A stretch of 64,000 nucleotides of DNA from Minisyncoccota bacterium (GTDB taxonomy: Bacteria > Patescibacteriota > Minisyncoccia > Minisyncoccales > GWA2-38-27): the NCBI GenBank assembly GCA_028697015.1, contig JAQVFW010000001.1:67603-131602 (forward strand), in the 5' to 3' direction. The number at the start of each line of letters is the position of its first letter. The first letter of the stretch is position 1. Shown here in pieces: positions 19,836-28,473 of the stretch. The notes under the pieces were generated by a model. It was not told the origin of the DNA and ran no database searches. It was given only the letters and a program-made list of their open reading frames with translations. The position numbers and the translations under genes are program-made.

Positions 19836-20582
19836 ATGGCTCTAATTAAAACAAAAGAAGAAATAGAAGCAATAGAGGAAGGAGGAAAAATTTTAGCAGG
19901 CATAATGGATCGTTTAAAAAAAGAAGTTATTGTTGGCGTTTCCGGAGACCATTTGAATAATCTTGCTGAAGAATTAATTTTAAAAAATAAAGGTATCCCT
20001 TCTTTTAAAAATTATAATGGTTTTCCCGCTGCTCTTTGCCTTTCCTTGAATGAGGAAATTGTTCATGGAATTCCTTTCGGGAAAAAAATAAAAGAAGGAG
20101 ATGTTGTTTCTCTTGATTTGGGTTTTTTTTATAAAGGATTCCATAACGATATGGCAACTACCGTTTTTTTAAATGAGGTTCCTTTTGACGTTTTGCGCCT
20201 TATCAAGACAACAAAGAAGGCTTTAAAGAGAGGAATAAAAAAAGCAAGAATAGGAAATACTCTAGGAGACATTGGCAATACAATTGAAAGATGCATTACA
20301 AGTCAGGGTTTTAAGGTTATTGAAAATCTTTGCGGCCATGGGATTGGGAAGGAAGTTCATGAACCTCCGGACGTTCTTAATTTTGGGAAAAGGCATAAAG
20401 GAATGAAAATCGAAGAAGGTATGATTTTATGCCTTGAACCGATGGCTTCTCTTGGTTCTTCTGAAATAGTTTTAGGTAAGGATATGTGTACCTATAAAAC
20501 AAAAGATGGCTCTATTTCGGCTCACTTTGAACACACGATAATTATTACAAAAGACGGAGCTAAAGTTGCAACGGAACTATAA
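19836..20582 (+). CDS. map: Methionine aminopeptidase type I
   Basis: The ATG at 19836 (the track start at 19830 is TTG). MetAP pattern VSLDLG...D...T, GHGIG...HE, LEPM and FEHT. Confidence 0.93.
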   Translation: MALIKTKEEIEAIEEGGKILAGIMDRLKKEVIVGVSGDHLNNLAEELILKNKGIPSFKNYNGFPAALCLSLNEEIVHGIPFGKKIKEGDVVSLDLGFFYKGFHNDMATTVFLNEVPFDVLRLIKTTKKALKRGIKKARIGNTLGDIGNTIERCITSQGFKVIENLCGHGIGKEVHEPPDVLNFGKRHKGMKIEEGMILCLEPMASLGSSEIVLGKDMCTYKTKDGSISAHFEHTIIITKDGAKVATEL

Positions 20583-20600
20583 TTTGGTTATAATATAGGA

Positions 20601-21344
20601 ATGTATTTGTCAATTATCATTCCCGCCTATAATGAAAAAAACCGCATTATTAAAACTTTGCGGGATTTTGATTTTTATTTTAAGAACAAGGACTATGAAT
20701 ATGAGATAGTGGTAGTAAACGACGGTTCAAAAGACGAAACGGCAGAAATTGTTTCTAAAATGAAAAAAGAGATAAAGAATCTTGTTTTTATTAATAATAA
20801 AAAAAACAACGGAAAAGGTTTTGTTGTCAGGCAGGGACTTTTATCTGCAAAAGGAGATTGGCGTCTTTTTGCGGACGCGGATAATTCAACTCCCATTGAA
20901 GAAATTGAAAAATTCATTCCCTTTTTTAAAAACAATCATATTATAATCGGTTCAAGAGCGATAAAAGGATCTCTTATTAAAAATCCTCAGCCTTTTTCAA
21001 GGCGCTTTGTCGGGAAAGTTTTTAATCTAATGGTTCAATTTCTTATCGGGCTTTGGGGCGTTTGGGATACTCAGTGCGGTTTTAAGGTCTTAAGCAAACA
21101 GGCAGCTGAAAATATATTGCCTTTGTGTAAAATAAACAGATGGGCTTTTGACCCTGAGATTTTGATAATAGGCAAAAAACTTGGTTACGGGATAAAAGAA
21201 ATTCCTGTAGTTTGGATTAATGATATTGAAAGTAAGGTAAAAAAAAGCGCAATGTTTAAAATGGGACTTGATTTGATTTTAATAAGATGGAATTTAATTA
21301 CAAACAAATATGGAAGAAAACAAAAAACCTCCTTCGGAGCTTAG
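20601..21344 (+). CDS. Family 2 glycosyltransferase (polyprenyl/dolichyl-phosphate hexosyltransferase-like)
   Basis: LSIIIPAYNE, VVNDGSKDET and ADADNSTP (the DxD region). Confidence 0.8.
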   Translation: MYLSIIIPAYNEKNRIIKTLRDFDFYFKNKDYEYEIVVVNDGSKDETAEIVSKMKKEIKNLVFINNKKNNGKGFVVRQGLLSAKGDWRLFADADNSTPIEEIEKFIPFFKNNHIIIGSRAIKGSLIKNPQPFSRRFVGKVFNLMVQFLIGLWGVWDTQCGFKVLSKQAAENILPLCKINRWAFDPEILIIGKKLGYGIKEIPVVWINDIESKVKKSAMFKMGLDLILIRWNLITNKYGRKQKTSFGA

Positions 21345-22326
21345 GTTTGACTTAGTTTCTAAAAACTGGGTTGTTGTTGCTTCCGGCAGGGCAAAAAGGC
21401 CGGAATCTTTTAAAAAGAAAAAAAAGAAAAAACCCCTTCAAGACAAGAATTGTCCTTTTCGCACTCTTGCAAACCAGGAACAGCCTGTTTTAATGACATA
21501 TAAAGGGAAAGAAGTTCCTTTTGGCTCTAAAAAGTGGACTCTTGCTGTCATACCTAATAAATTTCCAGCTGTTGTTCCTTCTTTAAAATTAAATGAAAGA
21601 ATAGAAGGGGGAATTTATGAAAAAATGGATGCGGTGGGGTTTCATGAAGTTGTAATAACAAAAAGCCACAGCAGGCATATGGCTGATTTTAAAGTTAATG
21701 AAGTAAAGGAAGTTTTTAATGCTTACAGAAAAAGGTATTTATTTTTGAAAAAACAAAAACACGTTAATCATATTTCCATTTTCCATAATCAAGGAGAAAA
21801 AGCTGGCGCTTCGGTTAACCATCCTCATTCTCAAATAATAACAACCCCGCTTATTGATGTTGACCTTTTGGGGGCTCTTTCAAATTCTGAAAAATATTTC
21901 AAAAAAACAAACAAGTGCATATATTGTAAAATGAGCGACTGGGAGAGAAAAGAAAAAGAAAGAGTTGTTTTTGAAAACAAAGAATTTATAGCTCTTTGCC
22001 CTTTTGCTTCAAAGTCCGCTTTCCAGATTATTATTACCCCTAAAAAACATCGTCCTTATTTTGAAAAGATAAGCGAAAAAGAAATAACTTTTTTATCAGA
22101 AGCGTTTTCTTCAGTAATGAAGAAAATTAAAAAAGGACTTGGAGATCCGGATTATAATTTTTATCTTCATAGTGCTCCTTGTGATGGAAAAAAACATGAT
22201 TATTACCATTATCACTGGACAATATTGCCCAGAACTTCAACTTTTGCCGGTTTTGAAATAGGAACAAGAATGGAAATACTTGTTGTAAAGCCGGAAAAAG
22301 CGGCAAAATATTTAAGAGAACAATGA
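21310..22326 (+). CDS. GalT-family (HIT superfamily) hexose-1-phosphate nucleotidyltransferase / nucleotide-sugar phosphorylase
   Basis: ELRFDLVSKNWVVVASGRAKRP N-terminus and the active-site motif NHPHSQI (HxHxQ). Confidence 0.75.
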   Translation: MEENKKPPSELRFDLVSKNWVVVASGRAKRPESFKKKKKKKPLQDKNCPFRTLANQEQPVLMTYKGKEVPFGSKKWTLAVIPNKFPAVVPSLKLNERIEGGIYEKMDAVGFHEVVITKSHSRHMADFKVNEVKEVFNAYRKRYLFLKKQKHVNHISIFHNQGEKAGASVNHPHSQIITTPLIDVDLLGALSNSEKYFKKTNKCIYCKMSDWERKEKERVVFENKEFIALCPFASKSAFQIIITPKKHRPYFEKISEKEITFLSEAFSSVMKKIKKGLGDPDYNFYLHSAPCDGKKHDYYHYHWTILPRTSTFAGFEIGTRMEILVVKPEKAAKYLREQ

Positions 22327-23006
22327 AAAAAATAATCATCGCTAATTTCAAATGCAATCCGAAAAGTTTAACTGAAAGCAAAAGGATTTTTGAATTGATA
22401 AAAAAAACGTCTTTAAAGGCGAAAAAAACAGAAATTGTCGTTTGCCCTTCTTTTGTTCATATTCCTTTTCTAAAAGGTCTTTCTCTTGGCGCCCAAAATT
22501 GCTTCTATGAAGATGGACCTTATACTGGAGAAGTTTCCGCTTCTATGCTTAAAGATTTTGGATGCAAATATGTTATTGTCGGCCATTCGGAAAGAAGGCG
22601 GTATTTTAATGAAAAAGATGATGTTATAAAAAGGAAGATAAAAGCTGTTTTAGAAAACAAGATGATTCCCGTTTTGTGTGTCGGTGAAACACTAAAAGAA
22701 AAAGAAAACGGGAAAACTAAAAGCGTTATAAAAAAACAGATAATGTCATCTCTTAAAGGAGTAAGCGTTAAAAAGGCAATTATCGCTTATGAGCCAGTTT
22801 GGGCGATAGGAACAGGTAATTCTTGCAGTTTAAAAATTGCTTCTGAAATTCGGTTATTTATTTCAAATCTTTTTGATACTAAAATTATCTACGGAGGAAG
22901 CGTAAATGGAAAAAATGCAAAAGATTATTTAGAAATTGGATTTGACGGACTTCTTGTCGGAAAAGCTTCTTTAAATCCTGGAGAAATTGAAAAAATGGCA
23001 GATTAG
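22323..23006 (+). CDS. tpiA: Triosephosphate isomerase
   Basis: ANFKCN, VGHSERR, AYEPVWAIGTG and YGGSV motifs. Confidence 0.9.
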   Translation: MKKIIIANFKCNPKSLTESKRIFELIKKTSLKAKKTEIVVCPSFVHIPFLKGLSLGAQNCFYEDGPYTGEVSASMLKDFGCKYVIVGHSERRRYFNEKDDVIKRKIKAVLENKMIPVLCVGETLKEKENGKTKSVIKKQIMSSLKGVSVKKAIIAYEPVWAIGTGNSCSLKIASEIRLFISNLFDTKIIYGGSVNGKNAKDYLEIGFDGLLVGKASLNPGEIEKMAD

Positions 23007-23060
23007 CGCTTTAGTTTAAAATTTGATTTTTAGGAAATTTTAAGTTAAAATATCTCTATT

Positions 23061-24941
23061 ATGGATTCGCTTAAATTAAGAGAAGATTTTTTGAGTTTTT
23101 TTGAGGAAAACGGGCATAAAATAGTTGCTTCCAGCTCTTTAATTCCGGAAGATAAAACCGTTCTTTTGACTTCTGCGGGGATGCAGCAGTTTGTTCCTTA
23201 TCTTTCCGGAGAAAAAGATATTCTTTCCGATTTTAAATCGCGCCATCTTGCCTCCGTTCAAAAATGTTTCAGGACTCCAGATATTGAAGAAGTAGGAGAT
23301 GATACTCACCACACTTTTTTTGAAATGCTTGGTAATTGGTCAATAGGGGAAGACAAAGATAAAGGGTATTTTAAAGAGGGAGCCATTGATCTGGCTTTCC
23401 GCTTTTTTGTAGACCGGCTTTTTCTTGATAAGGACAGAATTTGGATAACTATTTTTAAAGGAGAACAGGGGATTCCCAAAGATGAAGAATCATCTTTAAT
23501 ATGGCAAAAAAAAGGAATTCCGGAAGAAAGGATTTTGGAATTCGGATGGAAAGATAATTTTTGGGGGCCAACGTCAAAAGTTGGGCCATGCGGCCCTAGC
23601 TCTGAAATCCACTATGATAGAGGAGAGGAATTTGGATGTAAAAAACCGTCTTGTTCTGTCGGGTGCGATGATTGTAGAAGATTCGTAGAGCTTTGGAATT
23701 TGGTTTTTATGGAGTATAATAAGAATGAAGATGGTTCTTATACAAAACTTCCTCAAAGAAATGTTGATACAGGAATTGGTTTTGAAAGATTAATTTCTCT
23801 TCTTACAAAAAAAGAGTCGGCATACGAAACGGATCTTTTTATGCCTCTGATAAGGAAAATTGAAGAACTTTCTTTAAAAAAGTATAAAGAGAACAAAATC
23901 TTTTTTCGAGTCATATCCGACCATGTAAGAGGAGCTGTTTTTCTCATAACCGATGGGGTTCTTCCAAGCAATATAGAAAGAGGGTATATTTTAAGAAGAA
24001 TAATAAGAAGAGCTATAAGGTTTGGAAAAATAATCGATATGCCTAAAAATTTTTTGTCTTTACTTGCGAAAGAAGTCATTGAAAACTATAAAGGATTTTA
24101 TCCTGAAACGGAAAAAAGTAAATCTAATGTTTTAAATGTCATTAAGGAAGAAGGGGAAAAATTTGAAAAAACATTGGAAAGCGGATTAAAAGAACTTCAT
24201 AAAATTATTGAATGGTTTGATGATGAAAAAACGGTTCCGGAGGCAAATTTGTCAATCGGAGAAATTAAAGATTCAGATGATCCGATTAAAAAATGCAAGG
24301 AATTAGGTAGGAAATTATTTTTCCTTTACCAAAGCTTTGGCTTTCCTATTGAACAATCATTGGAAGAATTTAAAAATTTTAATGTCAAAATTATTTTTAA
24401 AAAAGAAGTTGAAGATGCCTTTAAAGAGCAATTTAAAGATCACCAAGAAATTTCAAGAGCTGGAGCAGAAAAGAAATTTGGAGGAGTCGGAGACAGGGAT
24501 GATTATAGGGCAGTTAAATATCATACAGCCACTCATCTTCTCCATAGAGCTCTTTATGAGGTTTTGGGGAAAAACGTAAAGCAAATGGGCTCTGATATTA
24601 CCAAGGAGCGTCTTCGTTTTGATTTTTCTCATTCTTTGAAAATGACAAAGGAGGAAATTAAGAAAGTCGAGGATATTGTCAATCAAAAAATAAAAGAGAA
24701 ACTAGAAGTAAGGAAGGAAGAAATAAGCTATGATGAGGCAATTAAAAGCGGAGCGTTTGCATATTTCAAGGACAAATACGGGGAAAAGGTAACAGTTTAT
24801 TCAATAGGAGATTTTTCAAAGGAGGTTTGCGGAGGGCCGCATGTTAAAAATACTTCCGAGCTTTCAGATTTTAAGATTATAAAAGAAGAATCAGCAGGAT
24901 TTGGCATAAGGAGGATAAGAGCCGTTTTGTCAGATTCTTAA
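23061..24941 (+). CDS. alaS: Alanyl-tRNA synthetase, short form (catalytic plus editing domains, no C-Ala domain)
   Basis: FFEENGHK, RFVELWNLVFMEYN, the editing motifs HTATHLLH and CGGPHV, and an end at 626 aa. Confidence 0.92.
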   Translation: MDSLKLREDFLSFFEENGHKIVASSSLIPEDKTVLLTSAGMQQFVPYLSGEKDILSDFKSRHLASVQKCFRTPDIEEVGDDTHHTFFEMLGNWSIGEDKDKGYFKEGAIDLAFRFFVDRLFLDKDRIWITIFKGEQGIPKDEESSLIWQKKGIPEERILEFGWKDNFWGPTSKVGPCGPSSEIHYDRGEEFGCKKPSCSVGCDDCRRFVELWNLVFMEYNKNEDGSYTKLPQRNVDTGIGFERLISLLTKKESAYETDLFMPLIRKIEELSLKKYKENKIFFRVISDHVRGAVFLITDGVLPSNIERGYILRRIIRRAIRFGKIIDMPKNFLSLLAKEVIENYKGFYPETEKSKSNVLNVIKEEGEKFEKTLESGLKELHKIIEWFDDEKTVPEANLSIGEIKDSDDPIKKCKELGRKLFFLYQSFGFPIEQSLEEFKNFNVKIIFKKEVEDAFKEQFKDHQEISRAGAEKKFGGVGDRDDYRAVKYHTATHLLHRALYEVLGKNVKQMGSDITKERLRFDFSHSLKMTKEEIKKVEDIVNQKIKEKLEVRKEEISYDEAIKSGAFAYFKDKYGEKVTVYSIGDFSKEVCGGPHVKNTSELSDFKIIKEESAGFGIRRIRAVLSDS

Positions 24942-24967
24942 TTTTTTAAATTTTAATTTTTTAAAAT

Positions 24968-26215
24968 ATGCCTGAAAAAATATTTGATATAATTCCAGTT
25001 CAGAAAAAAGTCACCAAAGAAGAAGAGGTTTTTGAAGAAGAAAAAGTAAAGAAAGAAAGACATTTTGATTTCAAAAAATATATTTTTTATTTTTTTGTTT
25101 TCCTTTTTTTATTTTCTGGAATTTGGGCTTATTTTTCCTTTTCTATTGCTCAAATTGAAATTTGGATTAAAACAGAACGCTTGGATTTTAGCGAGACGGT
25201 TTTGATAGATACAAATATTGATTACATAAATATTAATGACAGGGTTATTCAGGGAAAGCTTTTTATAGAAAACGCTTCTGGAATTCAAAATTTTCCCTCT
25301 TCAGGAAAGGCAACCGTTCAGGAAAGCGCAACGGGAATAATACGTGTCTATAACAATCATTCAACGGAAGACCAATCTCTTCTTGATAGTACCAGGTTTG
25401 TTTCTTCCGACGGAAAGCTTTTCAGATCTTTAAAAAGGGAGGTTATTCCCGGGGGAAAGTATTCCGGAGGCAAGCTTGAGCCCGGATATGTTGATATAGA
25501 AGTAAAGGCGGCAGAAGCCGGAGAAGATTATAATATCGGACCTGCTACCTTTTCAATACCGGGCTTTGCCGGAACGGCAAAATATATTGATTTTTACGGA
25601 AAATCTTTTGAACCGATGAAAGGAGGATTTCAAGGAGAGGCGTCCGTTGTTCTAAAGGAAGATATTGAAACGGCAAAAAATCTTTTACACGAAGGAGTTT
25701 TAAAGAGCGCCTATGTGTCTGCTTTAAGCGCAGCGGAGAAAGAAGGATTTGTTCTCCAGGGAGAAAATATCATTTCTGAAAAAAATATTCTGAAAGAAGA
25801 GATATTTGCAGAGGCGGGGGATATTGTTTCTAATTTTGATTATGAACTTGAAATGGAATTGAAATTTCCCGGTTTTAAAAAGGCAGATATGGAGGTTTTG
25901 GCGGAGGATTTTATTACTAGAAATATACTTGAAGGGCAAAAAATAAAAAGAGAAAGCATGGAAATAAGCTATCAGTTTCTTGAAGTTGACGAAAGTGGAA
26001 GAATTGCTTTAAATGTCACCTATAGCGCGGAAATTTACTCTGAAGTTTCAATGATTGAAATTGATAATTTTGTTTTAGGAAAAGAGAGAGAGACAATAAA
26101 AACCAACCTTGCAAGTATTCCCCAGATAGAGAGGATCCAGATAAATTCTTGGCCCTTATTGAGAAGCAAGGCTCCTTCTCAAAAGGAAAAGGTTGAAATA
26201 AAAATAAATATTTAA
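24968..26215 (+). CDS. Hypothetical N-terminally membrane-anchored protein (415 aa)
   Basis: A long ORF with a charged N-terminus, one TM helix (IFYFFVFLFLFSGIWAYFSF) and a large extracytoplasmic domain. No family was confidently recognised. Confidence 0.5.
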   Translation: MPEKIFDIIPVQKKVTKEEEVFEEEKVKKERHFDFKKYIFYFFVFLFLFSGIWAYFSFSIAQIEIWIKTERLDFSETVLIDTNIDYININDRVIQGKLFIENASGIQNFPSSGKATVQESATGIIRVYNNHSTEDQSLLDSTRFVSSDGKLFRSLKREVIPGGKYSGGKLEPGYVDIEVKAAEAGEDYNIGPATFSIPGFAGTAKYIDFYGKSFEPMKGGFQGEASVVLKEDIETAKNLLHEGVLKSAYVSALSAAEKEGFVLQGENIISEKNILKEEIFAEAGDIVSNFDYELEMELKFPGFKKADMEVLAEDFITRNILEGQKIKRESMEISYQFLEVDESGRIALNVTYSAEIYSEVSMIEIDNFVLGKERETIKTNLASIPQIERIQINSWPLLRSKAPSQKEKVEIKINI

Positions 26216-26219
26216 TTTA

Positions 26220-26240
26220 GGAGAAAAATGCTTTTTCTCT
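26220..26240 (+). terminator. Terminator-like hairpin
   Basis: GAGAAAAA-TGC-TTTTTCTC lies immediately after the stop at 26215. Confidence 0.4.
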
Positions 26241-26249
26241 TAAATCAGT

Positions 26250-26278
26250 TTGACAAAAAAGATAAATTTTGCTAAATT
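26250..26278 (+). promoter_or_regulatory. Putative sigma70-type promoter of infA
   Basis: TTGACA, a 17-nt spacer, then TAAATT, ending 10 nt before the infA ATG. Confidence 0.45.
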
Positions 26279-26288
26279 ACTCGCATAA

Positions 26289-26513
26289 ATGAAAGATCAA
26301 AGTAAAAACATTCTTCGTAAAAACGGTGTTGTTCTTGAGGCATTGCCTAACGCAAGTTTCAGGGTTGAACTGGAAGACGGAGGGGAGGTAATTGCTCATT
26401 TAGCTGGGAAAATGAGAATTTACAGAATAAGGATACTACCCGGAGACAAGGTTCAAGTAGAAACAACTCCTTATGACGATAAAAAGGGAAGAATTGTTTA
26501 TAGAGGGAAATAG
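26289..26513 (+). CDS. infA: Translation initiation factor IF-1
   Basis: A 74-aa S1-like protein with G.V.E.LPNA.FRVELE.G....AH..GKMR...[14 protein letters not shown]...GRI.YR. Confidence 0.95.
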   Translation: MKDQSKNILRKNGVVLEALPNASFRVELEDGGEVIAHLAGKMRIYRIRILPGDKVQVETTPYDDKKGRIVYRGK

Positions 26514-26524
26514 GATAAAATATC

Positions 26525-26557
26525 AAATCTTTCCAGTTGGAAAAGATTATTATTTTT
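26525..26557 (+). terminator. Rho-independent terminator after infA
   Basis: AATCTTTCC-AGTT-GGAAAAGATT (one bulge) followed by ATTATTTTTT. Confidence 0.55.
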
Positions 26558-26575
26558 TAAAAAAGTCTTATAAAT

Positions 26576-26722
26576 TTGTTGCTTAATAATATTTCATTGT
26601 AATTCTTGTATTTTAACTGCGGATTTTAAAAATTTTTAAAGATATACGGTGTATATGCCCAAAGATTTTTATTCCGTTTTCTTTTAAATTGCAGAATTGC
26701 TTTAGAAAAATTATTAAGCAAC
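26576..26722 (+). repeat. 147-nt imperfect palindrome (long hairpin) in the infA-rpmJ spacer
   Basis: The outer arms TGTTGCTTAATAAT (26576-89) and ATTATTAAGCAACA (26709-22) form 14 perfect bp. The central palindrome ATATAC-GGT-GTATAT (26641-55) shares the same symmetry axis. By hand alignment, roughly 55 of about 70 positions can pair (including GU) with a few bulges. Confidence 0.6.
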
Positions 26723-26740
26723 AGATCTAATAATTAAAAA

Positions 26741-26854
26741 ATGAAAATCAGGTCTTCAGTCAAGAAAATTTGCAAAGATTGTAAAATCGTCCGAAGAAAA
26801 GGACGCATTTATGTTTTTTGCAAAATTGCAAAACACAAACAAAGACAGGGATAA
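26741..26854 (+). CDS. rpmJ: 50S ribosomal protein L36 (37 aa; below ORF-track cutoff)
   Basis: My own translation gives [37 protein letters not shown], with the C-x2-C-x12-C-x4-H zinc motif. The gene sits in the conserved slot between infA and rpsM. Confidence 0.9.
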   Translation: MKIRSSVKKICKDCKIVRRKGRIYVFCKIAKHKQRQG

Positions 26855-26879
26855 TATTAAGAATAATAGATAAAAAATA

Positions 26880-27269
26880 ATGCCTAGAATAGCAGGGATA
26901 AACATACCGGAAAATAAAAAAATATTAATTGCTCTTACTTACATATATGGAGTTGGTTTGGTTTTGAGCAAAAAAATATTAGAAAAAGCTAAAATTAGCC
27001 CTGATAAGAAAGCTGCAGATTTGAAGCCGGACGAAATAAACAAATTGAAAGAAATCATAGAAAAAGAGTATAAGATTGAAGGAGAATTGAGAAGAGAAAT
27101 TATGCTCAATATCAAACGGCTCAAGGATATTAACTGCTATAAAGGAATTCGCCACAGTAAAAGGTTGCCGGTAAGAGGACAAAGGACGAAAACAAATACA
27201 AGGACCGTAAGAGGGAATGTCCGCAGAACAGTCGGCTCAGGAAGGAAGCCACCTCCTGCTCCAAAATAG
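26880..27269 (+). CDS. rpsM: 30S ribosomal protein S13
   Basis: MPRIAGINIP start and CYKGIRH..RLPVRGQRTKTN motif. Confidence 0.95.
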   Translation: MPRIAGINIPENKKILIALTYIYGVGLVLSKKILEKAKISPDKKAADLKPDEINKLKEIIEKEYKIEGELRREIMLNIKRLKDINCYKGIRHSKRLPVRGQRTKTNTRTVRGNVRRTVGSGRKPPPAPK

Positions 27270-27299
27270 AGATTTTGAGTATTTTATTGCAAACAAATT

Positions 27300-27749
27300 A
27301 TGGGAAAAAAGAGAATTATTAAAAAAACCGATAAAGAGCTTTTGGACGAGAAGGATAAAATAGAAGGCGGATTAAAGAAAGAGACAAAATCGCCAAAAAG
27401 AATTCTTGCAGAGGGCAAGATCTATATTTCTTCTACTTACAACAATACGATAATGACCCTTTCAGATGCAAAAGGTAATGCTTTGTCCTGGGTGAGCGCC
27501 GGTTCTGTCGGGTTTAAAGGGACTAAAAAAGCAACGCCTTTTGCTGCTTCAAAAGTCGCAGAATCGCTTTTTTTTACCATTCAAAAGCTTGGAATTGAAA
27601 AAGTGGATATTTTTGTAAAAGGAATTGGATCAGGAAGAGAATCAGCAATAAGGGCCTTGATTGGAAAGGGAATTAATGTTAATTCAATAAAGGATGTCAC
27701 TCCTGTTCCTCATAACGGATGCAGGCCTAAAAAACCAAGAAAACCTTAA
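27300..27749 (+). CDS. rpsK: 30S ribosomal protein S11
   Basis: YISSTYNNTIMTLSDAKGN...GFKG.KK.TPFAA...DVTP.PHNGCRP motif. Confidence 0.95.
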   Translation: MGKKRIIKKTDKELLDEKDKIEGGLKKETKSPKRILAEGKIYISSTYNNTIMTLSDAKGNALSWVSAGSVGFKGTKKATPFAASKVAESLFFTIQKLGIEKVDIFVKGIGSGRESAIRALIGKGINVNSIKDVTPVPHNGCRPKKPRKP

Positions 27750-27771
27750 TAATTAATATAAAAAGCCATTT

Positions 27772-28398
27772 ATGGTAGTAGATAAATCAAAATGTAAGAT
27801 TTGCAGAAGAGCTGGAACAAAACTTTTCTTAAGGGGAGACAGGTGTCTTTCGGCTAAATGCGCGATGGTTAAAAGACCTTATAGTCCGGGAGTAAAAGCC
27901 AAGAAAGTAAGAAAAAACGTTTCTGAATATGGAAAAGAGCTAGCTGAAAAACAAAAATTGAAAAACTGGTATTATCTTAGCGAAAAGCAATTTGGAAATT
28001 ATGTCAAAGATATTCTCCAAAAAAGAGGAAAGGTAGAGGATATGAGTTTGGCTTTGATTAAAAAACTTGAGCACCGCCTTGATAATGTAATTTTCCGTAT
28101 TGGATTTGCTTCTTCTCGTGCCAGTGCGCGCCAAATGGTTACTCATGGTCATTTTTGGGTCAATGGGAAAAGAGTTGATATTCCTTCTTATGAAACAAGA
28201 AAAGGGGACAAGGTAAGTATTAGGCCTGGTTCAACAAAAAAAGCTATTTTTAAAGAAAACATAAAAGAAGATGAAGTTCCTTCATGGATTAAGTATGATT
28301 CTGTAAAAAAAGAAGCAGAAATAATTAGGGATGCGTTTCTTGAAGAATCCGCCATTCCTGCCGAAATTGCCAGCATTTTTGAGTTTTATTCAAGATAA
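27772..28398 (+). CDS. rpsD: 30S ribosomal protein S4 (zinc-finger form)
   Basis: CKICRR...C..AKC near the N-terminus and S4 domain RLDNVIFRIGFASSRASARQMVTHGH. Confidence 0.95.
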   Translation: MVVDKSKCKICRRAGTKLFLRGDRCLSAKCAMVKRPYSPGVKAKKVRKNVSEYGKELAEKQKLKNWYYLSEKQFGNYVKDILQKRGKVEDMSLALIKKLEHRLDNVIFRIGFASSRASARQMVTHGHFWVNGKRVDIPSYETRKGDKVSIRPGSTKKAIFKENIKEDEVPSWIKYDSVKKEAEIIRDAFLEESAIPAEIASIFEFYSR

Positions 28399-28473
28399 AT
28401 TGATTTAATATATAAATACTTCTTAAAAGCTCAAAATTTAAATAAATTTTTAAACAAGCTTTTATAAAAAAAT

